Position numbers and translations under genes: made by a program | The notes under the pieces: generated by a model | The model's database searches: none | What the model was told of the DNA's origin: nothing | What the model saw: the letters and a program-made list of their open reading frames with translations, nothing else | Source of the DNA: an uncultured Mycoplasmatota bacterium | Lineage (GTDB): Bacteria; Bacillota_I; Bacilli_A; RF39; UBA660 | Length of the DNA: 64,000 nucleotides | Direction: 5' to 3' | Assembly: GCA_948466395.1 (NCBI GenBank) | Contig: CAOKAG010000002.1 | Span: 16,062 to 80,061 of the forward strand | Shown here: piece after piece, positions 32,761 through 43,388 of the stretch | How positions within the stretch are numbered: the stretch's first letter is position 1 | Layout of the letters: the number at the start of each line of letters is the position of its first letter

Positions 32761-35700
32761 TTCTCTCTATTGTACCAATACATTTCATTACTTGATACTT
32801 TTCATCTTGAACGACATAACCTAAACCTTGAAAGTCTTCATTAATATCACTTGGAATTAAATTATCAACGACAATCGCTTTTTGACTTTCAATCCCCTTA
32901 CCTATCCAAATGCCACTTTTATTATTGACCCTTTTTTTATACCACTCCTCTTTCATAATTCTTTTATAAGAGGAATAGTTATCTGCAAAGACAAAATAAC
33001 TATTTGGATAATCGCTTAAACGATTAAAAATAGAGAATAGATGGTCAACACCCTCATCTAAAACTTTATCATAAATATAACCAATTCCCATAAGAAGATA
33101 AATCTTTTTATTACCATTTCCATCGCCATCAGTGATACTTTTTAATTTTTCAGTAAATTGATTATTGGTATAACTTATTCCACTATTAATGCCAATATTT
33201 CCCATAAAATCTATGATTTCCATTTTTATATTTGGCACAGAAGATAAAATAGATAGAAAGTGATTAATAAAATCATTTTCAACCAATAAATTATTTCCAA
33301 TAATCTGAGAAATCTGATTTTTAACTAAATTAAATTGACAAATAGAAGCATCATAAATATGGACACCAATTGGCACATTAGTAATAGAATCAATATGAGC
33401 TGATAAAGAATCAACGGTAACCGTTTCAGGAATAACTGGAATAGCTTTTGCTTTTGTATAATTTAGTTTATCAAAAGATGTTTTGATTATTTGATTGATT
33501 TGATCCTTTAAATAAATATAACACGTTTGAAATTCATAAGCGGTTTTATCAAGAGCAACAATTCCTCGTCCAAGATAGTTAGAAGGCGTTAATCCATGAG
33601 GGGCATTTAAATAAAATTTATAATCAAAAGGGTCAGCCAGTTGCATCGCAATTTTATTAGGAAACGCTTGGTTTATTTTAGAAATGACTGAAGATGGACC
33701 AAAGGCTGTCATGACAAAGACAATACCATATTTAGCACTTTCACGTATAATATGTGCCAAGAAATCATCATAAGACCCATAATTTTCTATAAAAGATTCA
33801 TACCCGTTTAAAATAATTAAAAGAAGAGGTAATTTTTCTTCAGTAGTCTCAATATACGAAGCATAACTTCCTCCATGGCTAGAAAACAAATCTTTTCTTC
33901 GATTCATTTCTCGCTCAAGCATTAAAAATAAGCTTTTAACTTTACTTTTGTCTTCAGCAAAAACAACATCTCCTACTTGAGGAGTCGTATTGAAAATTTT
34001 TAAAATTTCCGAACCAAAATCCATAATATAAATGTTAATTTCTTCCGTTCGATGATAAGCACAAATAGAATAAAGCATGGTCATAAGTAAATTTTCTTTT
34101 CCACTTCCTGGAATACCATAGACAATTAAATTTCCATCATTGGTCAAATCCATAGTTAATAATTTTTGTAACTGTTCAGTAGGTAAATCGTATTCTCCTA
34201 TAACTGGATTAATAAAATAAGGTTTAGTTTGATAATTGTATTTTTTTATTGTATTGGATAAATAAATGTCTTTTGGAATATTGGGTAACCACAACTGATG
34301 GAAAGAAATGGCTTCTCTTTTAGCAATGCTATAAAGATTCTTAACGATATTAGTAAGTTGATCGCCATAATTAATCGTGTTAGACAGTTTTACTAAATCA
34401 TTGACTTGTTGAATTAAATTTCCGTTATTATCGACAAAATAAATCGTATCATCCACCGTTTTTTCGACACGATCCTGTGGAATATATTTTGCGCCTGCCC
34501 ACGCCGATTGCCCAAGTTCAAATAGCTCATTATAACCCACTTGTAAATAGAATCTTCCTGTTTCCTTTAAGTTAGCTGCATCATCTCTTTTTAACAGTTC
34601 CATACTATCTTCACTCGTCTGCACTTTTAAACATACTTTAAACTTTGAATTCGACCAAATTTGATCATCCACCACTCCTGTTGGTTTTTGAGTAGCAAGA
34701 ATTAAATGAACGCCCAAAGCACGCCCAATTCTTGCCGTAGAAATCAGTTCTTCCATAAAATCAGGTTGTTGTGCCTTTAATTCAGCAAATTCATCACTAA
34801 TAATAAACAAATGTGAAATCGGTTCTTTAACTTTACCATTACGATAAAATTTTTGATATTTATAAATATCAACTGTACTCTCTCCTAAAGCATCACGTGC
34901 CTCATTAAACATTCGTTGTCTTCTTTTAAGTTCACTATTTATACTAACCAGAGTACGATTCATTTCTCCAGTATCTAAATTAGTTATGGTTCCAACTAAA
35001 TGCGGAATTTTTACTTGAGTTTCCCTATTTTCAAAAGCACCAGCTAATCCCCCACCCTTATAATCGATTAAAACAAACTGAACTTCATGAGGATGGTAAT
35101 TAATAGCCATCGAGAGAATATAAGTAATAATAAATTCGGATTTACCACTTCCTGTTGAGCCTGCAATCAAGCCATGGGGACCATGAAACTTTTCATGCAA
35201 ATCCAAATCAAATAATTTTCCATCAGGATGGACCCCAATTGGAGCACTCAAACTAATCGTCGGATCATTTTTTTCCCAACGATTTAAAATATTAAGTTGA
35301 TCTACTTTTCCAACATTATACATTTCTAAAAATGGCAAAGTAGTTGGCAATTGATTCATCATCGAAGTAGAACTAACGGGAATATTACCAATAACTAAAG
35401 AGCAGTTACTGATGTCTCCTTCAAAATAATCTGGTAGAAAGCTTTTCTGTTCATGACTTAAATCTTTTTCATAAATGCCAGCGTCATTAGACGTATATTG
35501 AATAAATTTATTAAAGCGACTAGGAATGTTTTTTAAAGTCGGTTCAATCATCATAAGAGAAAAGCCTAAATTATGGTTAGCATTTAAAATTTTATCAATG
35601 ATCCCTAGATTCTTGGCTTGAATATAATTATCTGTAATAATCAAATAATAATCATCAAATTTTTTATAGGAGGTATCTTTTTGTTCTTCAAAATCATTTT

Positions 35701-37318
35701 CTTGTTCGTTGTATTTTGTTTTACTTAAGCGTTCATTATAAATGCCTTCTAAATAAGAAGAGACTTGCTTCATTTCTAATTCATTGATTGCAAAAAAACG
35801 AACCAAATTATCTGTACTTCTAGAATGGGGTAGATATTTAATAAATTCCCATTGTTGAAGTTTAGTTTCTTCTGAAAGAATAACAATTTTTAAATCTACA
35901 CCACTATAAAGTGCAATGAGTTGTAAAAGCAGAGTAAGAATAATTTGATCTCTTTTTTGACACTCTTCACTTATAATAATTGGCAAAATTTTATCTTCAA
36001 TTAAAGAAATGGTAATGGGCACATCATACAAAACAAACTTTTCATTCATTAATTTTTTGACTTCATCTCGTAAATCATCATCCTCTAAATTAAAATCTTC
36101 AATCATAGAATGAACGGAAACATTGGCCTTTTTATTACCTAGACCTAATCGTAAAGTTAAAAAATCATTATCACTAATCTCGCGACTCCATATTTTATTG
36201 GTCCGATTTTTTATGGTATCGATCAATTCTGCAGGACTTAGATTATTTTGAATTAAAATGCTTTTTTCCTTTTCCATTGCTTCATTAATAAGAAGTCGTT
36301 TACTCTGAAGATAAGTTCTATATTTTTCCTGTCTATGTTTTTCTTGTCTTTTAATTTTTTTCTTTTGGTATTTATCTAACATAATAGGAAAATAGATGCA
36401 CCCTGCTACCATGGAGATACAAAGAGTAATTTCTGTAATCGCTCCAACTATTGTATTTTTTCCTACCATAATACTAAATAAGGCAACCATTCCTGTAACA
36501 GAGGAAGAAATTCCCATCATAACCGTTGCCCCTAAAGTAAGGATGGCAGGTGGTCCCTCATCTTTTATAGGTTCAGGAGGAATATCAATTTCAACTTCTA
36601 AACCATCAAAAGTCGATTTTAAACGTGGAGTATGAAAAAAAACTTGATTGTCACTATAAAGTGTCGCATACTTTTCTGAACCCACAATCGGTTGATAAAC
36701 GTTTCCTTGTCCAAAAGTATTTAATTTCTGATAGTTCGAAAGTTGAATTTGGACTAAATCACCTAAATCATTTATTAAAAGAAACGTATCCATCCAAATA
36801 ATTTTTAAACCCTCAACAAATAAAATATCGCCTCGAACAAGAGAGCAAGAGGTCATTCGATTCCCATTAATATAAGTGATGCCATTTCCTTCGCTTCTAA
36901 AAAACCAAACGTTTTCTTTCTTTTCTATAGTAAAATGTAAATGACCTATATCAACATGATTATAATTAATATCGTGGTTAGTTTTACCTAAGGTAATTTT
37001 AGATTTGTCAGCAATTGAGAAACTTTTATATTTTATAGGAGCATCAAAGCAATACAATTTTATTTTCTTATCAATATCATCAAATTTGATGTCATAAAAA
37101 TTTAGATTTTTTAAAACATCATTAGGAATGGAGGACAAACCCTTTTTTATAATAAAATCATGAGTTTCTCGAATAACCCATTGACCATTTTCTGCTGAAA
37201 TAATAATGTTTTCTAAAATGCCCTCTTTTGATTCATAATTAATTAAAAATGTATCTTCTATTTTTTCTGGTAACAAATAATTATTGACTCTAGATTCATC
37301 TGCTACAAATACTTTCAT
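32747..37318 (-). CDS. essC: type VII secretion system FtsK/SpoIIIE-family ATPase EssC/YukB
   Basis: 1523 aa. Two N-terminal FHA-like domains are followed by two TM helices and then three P-loop domains (GSTGSGKSE, GIPGSGKEN and a degenerate third). Confidence 0.9.
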   Translation of the reverse strand: MKVFVADESRVNNYLLPEKIEDTFLINYESKEGILENIIISAENGQWVIRETHDFIIKKGLSSIPNDVLKNLNFYDIKFDDIDKKIKLYCFDAPIKYKSFSIADKSKITLGKTNHDINYNHVDIGHLHFTIEKKENVWFFRSEGNGITYINGNRMTSCSLVRGDILFVEGLKIIWMDTFLLINDLGDLVQIQLSNYQKLNTFGQGNVYQPIVGSEKYATLYSDNQVFFHTPRLKSTFDGLEVEIDIPPEPIKDEGPPAILTLGATVMMGISSSVTGMVALFSIMVGKNTIVGAITEITLCISMVAGCIYFPIMLDKYQKKKIKRQEKHRQEKYRTYLQSKRLLINEAMEKEKSILIQNNLSPAELIDTIKNRTNKIWSREISDNDFLTLRLGLGNKKANVSVHSMIEDFNLEDDDLRDEVKKLMNEKFVLYDVPITISLIEDKILPIIISEECQKRDQIILTLLLQLIALYSGVDLKIVILSEETKLQQWEFIKYLPHSRSTDNLVRFFAINELEMKQVSSYLEGIYNERLSKTKYNEQENDFEEQKDTSYKKFDDYYLIITDNYIQAKNLGIIDKILNANHNLGFSLMMIEPTLKNIPSRFNKFIQYTSNDAGIYEKDLSHEQKSFLPDYFEGDISNCSLVIGNIPVSSTSMMNQLPTTLPFLEMYNVGKVDQLNILNRWEKNDPTISLSAPIGVHPDGKLFDLDLHEKFHGPHGLIAGSTGSGKSEFIITYILSMAINYHPHEVQFVLIDYKGGGLAGAFENRETQVKIPHLVGTITNLDTGEMNRTLVSINSELKRRQRMFNEARDALGESTVDIYKYQKFYRNGKVKEPISHLFIISDEFAELKAQQPDFMEELISTARIGRALGVHLILATQKPTGVVDDQIWSNSKFKVCLKVQTSEDSMELLKRDDAANLKETGRFYLQVGYNELFELGQSAWAGAKYIPQDRVEKTVDDTIYFVDNNGNLIQQVNDLVKLSNTINYGDQLTNIVKNLYSIAKREAISFHQLWLPNIPKDIYLSNTIKKYNYQTKPYFINPVIGEYDLPTEQLQKLLTMDLTNDGNLIVYGIPGSGKENLLMTMLYSICAYHRTEEINIYIMDFGSEILKIFNTTPQVGDVVFAEDKSKVKSLFLMLEREMNRRKDLFSSHGGSYASYIETTEEKLPLLLIILNGYESFIENYGSYDDFLAHIIRESAKYGIVFVMTAFGPSSVISKINQAFPNKIAMQLADPFDYKFYLNAPHGLTPSNYLGRGIVALDKTAYEFQTCYIYLKDQINQIIKTSFDKLNYTKAKAIPVIPETVTVDSLSAHIDSITNVPIGVHIYDASICQFNLVKNQISQIIGNNLLVENDFINHFLSILSSVPNIKMEIIDFMGNIGINSGISYTNNQFTEKLKSITDGDGNGNKKIYLLMGIGYIYDKVLDEGVDHLFSIFNRLSDYPNSYFVFADNYSSYKRIMKEEWYKKRVNNKSGIWIGKGIESQKAIVVDNLIPSDINEDFQGLGYVVQDEKYQVMKCIGTIERSDFY

Positions 37319-37491
37319 TTGAATACCCCTATTCTTAAAAAGATTTTAACATAAATACAGTTTATAATCAATTATAAGAACAAAATTAATAGGCGGATAA
37401 AGGAATAAGAAAAAATTTTAAAAATGGCTACTATTTATTCATATTTTCAATGTTTTATGTTATAATACTAGCCATGGAAGGTGAATACTGC

Positions 37492-39981
37492 ATGGGATTT
37501 TTTAGAAAACTAATAGATTCAGAATACAAAGAACTAAAAAGATTTGAAGGCATTGCAAATAAAATCGTCGATTTAGAAAGCGAGATGGCTTCTTTATCAG
37601 ATCAAGAATTAAAAGAAAAAACAGACTATTTTAAGAAAGAATTAGAAAATGGTAAAACAATTGAAGACATCATCGTTCCCGCTTTTGCCGTTGTAAGAGA
37701 AGCGGCAAGTAGAGTAATCGGTCTTAAACCTTTTTATGTCCAAATTTTAGGTGGTTTGGCCATTCATTATGGAAACATAGCTGAAATGAAAACAGGTGAA
37801 GGTAAAACCTTAGTTGCCACCCTACCCGCTTATTTAAATGCTTTAACTGGAAAAGGCGTACACATTGTTACCGTAAACGAATTCCTAGCTAAACGTGACT
37901 CAGAATGGATGGGTGAAGTTTTTAAATTTCTAGGCTTAACAGTTGGTTTAAACTTAAATGGGTTATCTGCCAAAGAGAAAAAAGAAGCTTATGCTTGTGA
38001 TGTTTTATATTCAACCAATAATGAAATTGGTTTTGATTATCTGAGAGATAATATGGTCGTTCATGCGGAAGAGCGAACTCAAAGACCCCTTCATTTTTGT
38101 ATTGTTGATGAAGTGGATTCTATTTTAATTGATGAAGCTAGAACCCCATTAATTATATCTGGAGGTCAAGCCAATTCAAACAGTTTATATGTTGATGCGG
38201 ATCGTTCTGTAAGAAATTTAATTAATGAAGAAGATTATACTATTGATGAAAAAGTAAAAAATGTTTCTCTAACCGAAGAAGGAAGCAAAAAAATTGAAAA
38301 ATTCTTTAAAATAGCCAATTTGTACGATTTGAAAAACACCAATTTGGTTCATCACGTTAATCAAGCCTTAAAGGCGAATTATGCTTTTAAAAAAGACATT
38401 GATTATGTAGTCAATAATGGTGAAGTTATTATCGTTGACCAATTTACGGGTCGTTTGATGCAAGGAAGACAATACAGTGATGGATTACACCAAGCTATTG
38501 AAGCCAAAGAAAAAGTAAACATTAATGTTGAAACAAAAACAATGGCTACGATAACTTTTCAAAATTTATTTAGAATGTATGAAAAATTATCAGGTATGAC
38601 AGGAACGGCTAAAACAGAAGAAGAAGAATTTAGAAATATTTATAATATGTACGTCATCTGTATACCTACAAATAAGCCCATTGCTAGAGTAGACTTGCCC
38701 GATTTAGTTTATGCCAATATGGATGGAAAATATAAAGCTATTGTAAATTCTATTAAAGAAATTCATGCTTCAGGACAACCCATATTAGTGGGTACCATTT
38801 CTGTAGAAGCCAATGAACACTTAAGCAAACTTTTAACAAAAGCGGGGTTAAAACATGAAGTATTAAATGCCAAAAATCATGAAAGAGAAGCTGAAATTAT
38901 TGCTAACGCTGGTTCCAAAGGGGCGATAACTATAGCAACAAACATGGCTGGACGTGGAACCGATATTAAATTAACGCCTGAAACCGTAAAATTAGGTGGG
39001 CTATATGTTATTGGAACAGAAAGACATGAATCTCGTCGTATCGATAATCAATTACGTGGACGTAGTGGACGTCAAGGAGACGTAGGAACCAGTCAGTTCT
39101 TTGTTTCATTTGATGATGATTTAATGCGTATGTTTGGAACCGATCGAATTAAAAGCATTGTCACTAGTTTAGGAATGAGTGAAGATCAAGCAATTCGTTC
39201 AAAAGCCATTACAAGAAGTATCGAAACAGCTCAAAAGAAGGTAGAAGGAAACAACTTTGACATGCGTAAATCATTATTGGATTATGATAATGTTGTGAAC
39301 GAACAAAGAACAATTATATATGATAGAAGAAACGAAATATTAGATAATGAAAACATTCATGAAAATATCATAGAAATATTTAAAAATACGATTTCCGATT
39401 TAGTAGATAATCATATTGAACCAGAAGGATATTTAACCGATGAAGATAAAAGTGAAATTATTGAAGCTGTCAATACCAATTATATTAAAAAGAAATCTTT
39501 AGAAATTGAGGATATAAAAGACAAGAGTGATGAAGAAATCAAAGAATTCTTATCGAGTCGAATTTTAAACGATTATGAAGAAAAAATAAGTGTTGCTCCG
39601 AATTTCCAAGAATTTGAAAGAGCCATTTCTTTAAGAATTATAGACTCTTTATGGGTGGATCACATAAGTATGATGGAACACTTAAAAGAAGGCATTATGC
39701 TTCGTGGTTATGGCCAAGTGAATCCATTACAAGCCTATACTATGGAAGGTTTTGATTTATTTGAAAATTTATTAGATAAAATTGATGCCAACATCTCAGA
39801 ATTTTTACTTAAGGCTAACATAGAACAAAATACCGAAAGAAAACAAACGACTATTGGTGTTGCCAAAGATGGAAAAGAAAAAGTAAAGCAATCTCCTAAA
39901 AAGAACGATAAAAAAATTGGTCGTAACGATCCATGTACTTGTGGTTCTGGTAAGAAATATAAGAATTGTTGTGGTAAATAG
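37492..39981 (+). CDS. secA: preprotein translocase ATPase SecA
   Basis: DEAD-like motor domains are followed by a C-terminal zinc finger, CTCGSGKKYKNCCGK. The start was chosen at MGFFRKLID. Confidence 0.95.
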   Translation: MGFFRKLIDSEYKELKRFEGIANKIVDLESEMASLSDQELKEKTDYFKKELENGKTIEDIIVPAFAVVREAASRVIGLKPFYVQILGGLAIHYGNIAEMKTGEGKTLVATLPAYLNALTGKGVHIVTVNEFLAKRDSEWMGEVFKFLGLTVGLNLNGLSAKEKKEAYACDVLYSTNNEIGFDYLRDNMVVHAEERTQRPLHFCIVDEVDSILIDEARTPLIISGGQANSNSLYVDADRSVRNLINEEDYTIDEKVKNVSLTEEGSKKIEKFFKIANLYDLKNTNLVHHVNQALKANYAFKKDIDYVVNNGEVIIVDQFTGRLMQGRQYSDGLHQAIEAKEKVNINVETKTMATITFQNLFRMYEKLSGMTGTAKTEEEEFRNIYNMYVICIPTNKPIARVDLPDLVYANMDGKYKAIVNSIKEIHASGQPILVGTISVEANEHLSKLLTKAGLKHEVLNAKNHEREAEIIANAGSKGAITIATNMAGRGTDIKLTPETVKLGGLYVIGTERHESRRIDNQLRGRSGRQGDVGTSQFFVSFDDDLMRMFGTDRIKSIVTSLGMSEDQAIRSKAITRSIETAQKKVEGNNFDMRKSLLDYDNVVNEQRTIIYDRRNEILDNENIHENIIEIFKNTISDLVDNHIEPEGYLTDEDKSEIIEAVNTNYIKKKSLEIEDIKDKSDEEIKEFLSSRILNDYEEKISVAPNFQEFERAISLRIIDSLWVDHISMMEHLKEGIMLRGYGQVNPLQAYTMEGFDLFENLLDKIDANISEFLLKANIEQNTERKQTTIGVAKDGKEKVKQSPKKNDKKIGRNDPCTCGSGKKYKNCCGK

Positions 39982-40164
39982 TCTTTAAGCCCTTTATTTA
40001 TAAGGGTTAAGAAGTAATAGAAATATTAAAAAGACTATAAATCACATAAAAATTATGGAAAATACCTCATTTTTGTCCTCATTAAAAAAATGAGGTACAA
40101 AATTATTGATGTCAACATTTTCCGATTGTTGGCATTTTTAAGTGTTTACAAATAACTTATTGAA

Positions 40165-40453
40165 GTTATGGTAAAAGTACAAATTAAAAAAAAGAAAATA
40201 TTATCAATATACATTTGAAATAGCTCCTCAAGATGGAAAAAGAAAGTGGATTACAAAGTCTGGTTTTAAAACTTCAGAAATTTCATATAATAATTATTTA
40301 GATTATTAGATGGAGGAGTATTGTTACATAAACTTAAAACATCACACTATTGAGACATATAAATATATTATTAAGAATCATTTAAAACCTAGATTAGGAA
40401 TGTATGGGTTATCATAATTAGATGCAGAATTAATACAAAATTTTATAAAATAG
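40165..40453 (+). pseudogene. tyrosine integrase N-terminal fragment (disrupted by stops)
   Basis: The translation ...QDGKRKWITKSGFKTSEISYNNYLDY*MEEYCYINLKHHTIETYKYIIKNHLKPRLGMYGLS*LDAELIQNFIK* parallels the N-terminus of the integrase at 42264 (EYWLDNYCRVNLKYNTVQKYQVLIRKYIKPKLGKYRLSTIT). Confidence 0.6.
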
Positions 40454-40825
40454 AAAGAATAGATAAAATTAGTATTATATAGTATAATTATATTGAAAAA
40501 TTAACATTAAACGGTATGTTATGTATGATGGCAATAAATTAAGTATTTTAGAATACTAGGAATGTGTGTATATTATCCATGGAAACGGGCTAGTGCATCT
40601 ATAGATATGATAACAGTTGAATCAGATTATCAAGGTTTAATGCAGATGATTTTAGAAAACTACAATTAACTTAGAAATATATCTAATGTTGAAAAAGACT
40701 AGATTATTATTTATTACTAGAAATGATAGGTCATCATATTAATACAAAAGGTGGAAGTATAATTAATGATTTATATAATAGAGTAAATTCGTTCGTTAAA
40801 GTTAAAAAAATGTAAGGATGATTAT

Positions 40826-41371
40826 ATGATAAATGTGTTTTTGAAAGAGCCTAGAAAAGATCAATTATTTTATATACAAGAATGGATGAATGATCCAGAA
40901 ACCATGGAATATAATGCTGGATATGATATGGAACTTAAAGGTTATAATAAACAAACTGGAACTATATCTAAAACTTATGAAGAAATGCTAGAATGGTATG
41001 ATAAATGGATTGATAAAGAACCAGATAAATTTTTTGCATATATTTATGATTTGAATTTTGAAGAACTTGTTGGAGAAGTTTATTATTATCTTGATGGTGA
41101 AGTTCATAGCATGGGCATTTTAATTAGTAGTAAATATAGAGGAAAAGAATATAGCGTTCCTGCATTATTTGAATTAGAAAAAATAGCATTTGAAAAAAAT
41201 TGTATATCTGAATTATCTGATATTATTCCGCTATATAGGGAGAGTGCTATAAAAAGTTTTAATAAAGTAGGATTTATTCATACTGATTTAATAAAAAAAG
41301 ACATTAGATTTGGTGAAAAAAAAGAAGCTAAACAATTAATAATTACAAAAGAAATGTATTTTAATAAATAA
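40826..41371 (+). CDS. GNAT family N-acetyltransferase
   Basis: 181 aa. GNAT-like core: VGEVYYY...MGILISSKYRGKEYS. Confidence 0.55.
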   Translation: MINVFLKEPRKDQLFYIQEWMNDPETMEYNAGYDMELKGYNKQTGTISKTYEEMLEWYDKWIDKEPDKFFAYIYDLNFEELVGEVYYYLDGEVHSMGILISSKYRGKEYSVPALFELEKIAFEKNCISELSDIIPLYRESAIKSFNKVGFIHTDLIKKDIRFGEKKEAKQLIITKEMYFNK

Positions 41372-41387
41372 TAAATGGAGTTGAAAT

Positions 41388-42116
41388 ATGTCATATGAAC
41401 AATTAATGAATATGGTTCTTAATAATGAACAAATTTCTAATATAGAAATTAAAAAATATTTAGGAAATGAAATAATTAATAGCTTGATGGAATTATATAA
41501 ATTTTGTGATGAGTATGATTTTAACATTTTTACACATGGTTCACATGGTGATATTAATAATGTTAAATCAATGTTTGAACAAGGTTATATTTTATCTGAA
41601 CAATATATTGAAGAAAATGAGTTTATTAATGAAACAGGAATAATTGATTATAAAACAAAATTAAAAGAGATGAAATATTTTGAGGATGAAGATAGTAAAA
41701 GATATTCAGTTATTATAAAACCTAAAAATAACTCACTTTTTGATGATATGCCTCAGCATTTTTTAAAAGGAAAAATAGGATTAATGGATTTGATTAGTCG
41801 TATAGTTATAGGTAGAGGTGAATATCCATGTAATTTAATGTATTTTATAATTACACCTAATAATAAGGAAATAAGTAGTGAAATTATGGGAGAAAGATTT
41901 TCTGTTATATATGATGTTACAGATGAAGTTGAATTTAGTAGGCAAGATACAATAGCAACAGAGAATATTGCTTTATGTATTGATGTAAAAGATAAAAAAG
42001 TTTATTTTAATAAAAGCTATAATCCTAAGTATTTGGTAAGCGAAAATGATAGATTTATGAATTTAACTATAAATGAAACTACTGATGGATTTATGGAATC
42101 AATAAAAAAAAGATAA
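41388..42116 (+). CDS. hypothetical protein (242 aa)
   Basis: ORF with an upstream AGG-rich ribosome-binding site. No family recognised. Confidence 0.5.
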   Translation: MSYEQLMNMVLNNEQISNIEIKKYLGNEIINSLMELYKFCDEYDFNIFTHGSHGDINNVKSMFEQGYILSEQYIEENEFINETGIIDYKTKLKEMKYFEDEDSKRYSVIIKPKNNSLFDDMPQHFLKGKIGLMDLISRIVIGRGEYPCNLMYFIITPNNKEISSEIMGERFSVIYDVTDEVEFSRQDTIATENIALCIDVKDKKVYFNKSYNPKYLVSENDRFMNLTINETTDGFMESIKKR

Positions 42117-42144
42117 ATTAAATAATAAAAAAGAAGATGATTGT

Positions 42145-42246
42145 ATGGCTAAGGTATATTTAATTTGTGGAAAAATATGTAGTGGTAAATCATATTATTC
42201 TAATAAATGCTCAGTCAGAATACTTGAATGTAGGAGTACCATTTAA
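42145..42246 (+). pseudogene. truncated P-loop NTPase/kinase fragment (33 aa, MAKVYLICGKICSGKSYYSNK...)
   Basis: A Walker A motif (GKICSGKS) is followed by a stop after 33 codons. Confidence 0.4.
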
Positions 42247-42263
42247 AGAATGTAAAATGTCCA

Positions 42264-43322
42264 ATGGAGTATTGGCTAGATAATTATTGTAGGGTTAATC
42301 TTAAATATAATACAGTTCAGAAGTATCAAGTCTTGATTAGAAAATACATTAAACCTAAGTTGGGAAAATATCGTTTATCTACTATAACGAGTGCAAGTTT
42401 AAATGCTTTTATAACTGAAGTATGTGAGCAATACGATTTTTCAAGATCATACTTCAAAAATATATTAAAAGTTTTAAAAGGAACATTTAGAGATGCTTGT
42501 AATCTATATGGATTTCTTAAATATAATCCAGCATTGACATTAAGACTCCCAAAAATTGATAAAGAAAAAACAAATGTAAAACATTTATATACACAAGAAG
42601 AAATTGATACCATTTTAAATAGATTTAGATACGATGATACTTTTACCTGTGCTTTTTTGAGATCTTGTTTTACTAGCATGAGAACGGGAGAGGCTTTTGC
42701 ATTATCTTGGAATGATATAGATTTAGAAAATCGTATTATTTATATAAGACATAATGTTTATAGTAAACCAAAGGACGAAAAAGGAAGATGGTTTATAGGA
42801 GACCCAAAAACGCTTTCTGGTAAAAGAAAAATTTATATAAGTGATACATTATTAATTGCATTGTCTAATTACAAAAAAAGACAAAATTACTTAAAAGAAC
42901 TATATGGATGTAAATATAAGTATTATCACCTAGAAGATGTTCTTAATGAATATGGCAAGGTCATTGAACAAAGAATTGTGGAGAATACAGATAAAAACGA
43001 ACCAATAATTGACTTGGTTTTTACAAAAGAAGATGGTAAATATGTTGGTACTAATTTAACTAGATACCCATATAAAATTATTCATGAAGAATTAGGAATT
43101 AAGAATTGTAGATTTTATGATTTAAGGGGCAGCTATGTAACAAAAAGTTTAAGAAATGGAGTAGAAATTAGAGATGTGGCAGATATCTTAGGGCATAGTA
43201 AAATAGAATCAACAAAGAATCATTATACTTCCTCAACAGAAGAAACACTTAAAGAAGCAAATGAAAAATTTGAAGAAATGGTTAAATCAGATGTTATAAA
43301 CGAAATTATTAAATATGAATGA
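42264..43322 (+). CDS. site-specific tyrosine recombinase (phage integrase family), N-terminally short
   Basis: The C-terminal catalytic R..H..R..Y region is present (DLRGSYVTKSLRNGVEIRDVADILGHSKIESTKNHYT). The N-terminal arm-binding domain is absent. The ORF begins at the position equivalent to EEWLETY. Confidence 0.85.
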   Translation: MEYWLDNYCRVNLKYNTVQKYQVLIRKYIKPKLGKYRLSTITSASLNAFITEVCEQYDFSRSYFKNILKVLKGTFRDACNLYGFLKYNPALTLRLPKIDKEKTNVKHLYTQEEIDTILNRFRYDDTFTCAFLRSCFTSMRTGEAFALSWNDIDLENRIIYIRHNVYSKPKDEKGRWFIGDPKTLSGKRKIYISDTLLIALSNYKKRQNYLKELYGCKYKYYHLEDVLNEYGKVIEQRIVENTDKNEPIIDLVFTKEDGKYVGTNLTRYPYKIIHEELGIKNCRFYDLRGSYVTKSLRNGVEIRDVADILGHSKIESTKNHYTSSTEETLKEANEKFEEMVKSDVINEIIKYE

Positions 43323-43388
43323 AAATTAGTCTCATATAGTTGATTAAAACTACCGATAACGGTATAATTATATACAGAGGTGATAGGT

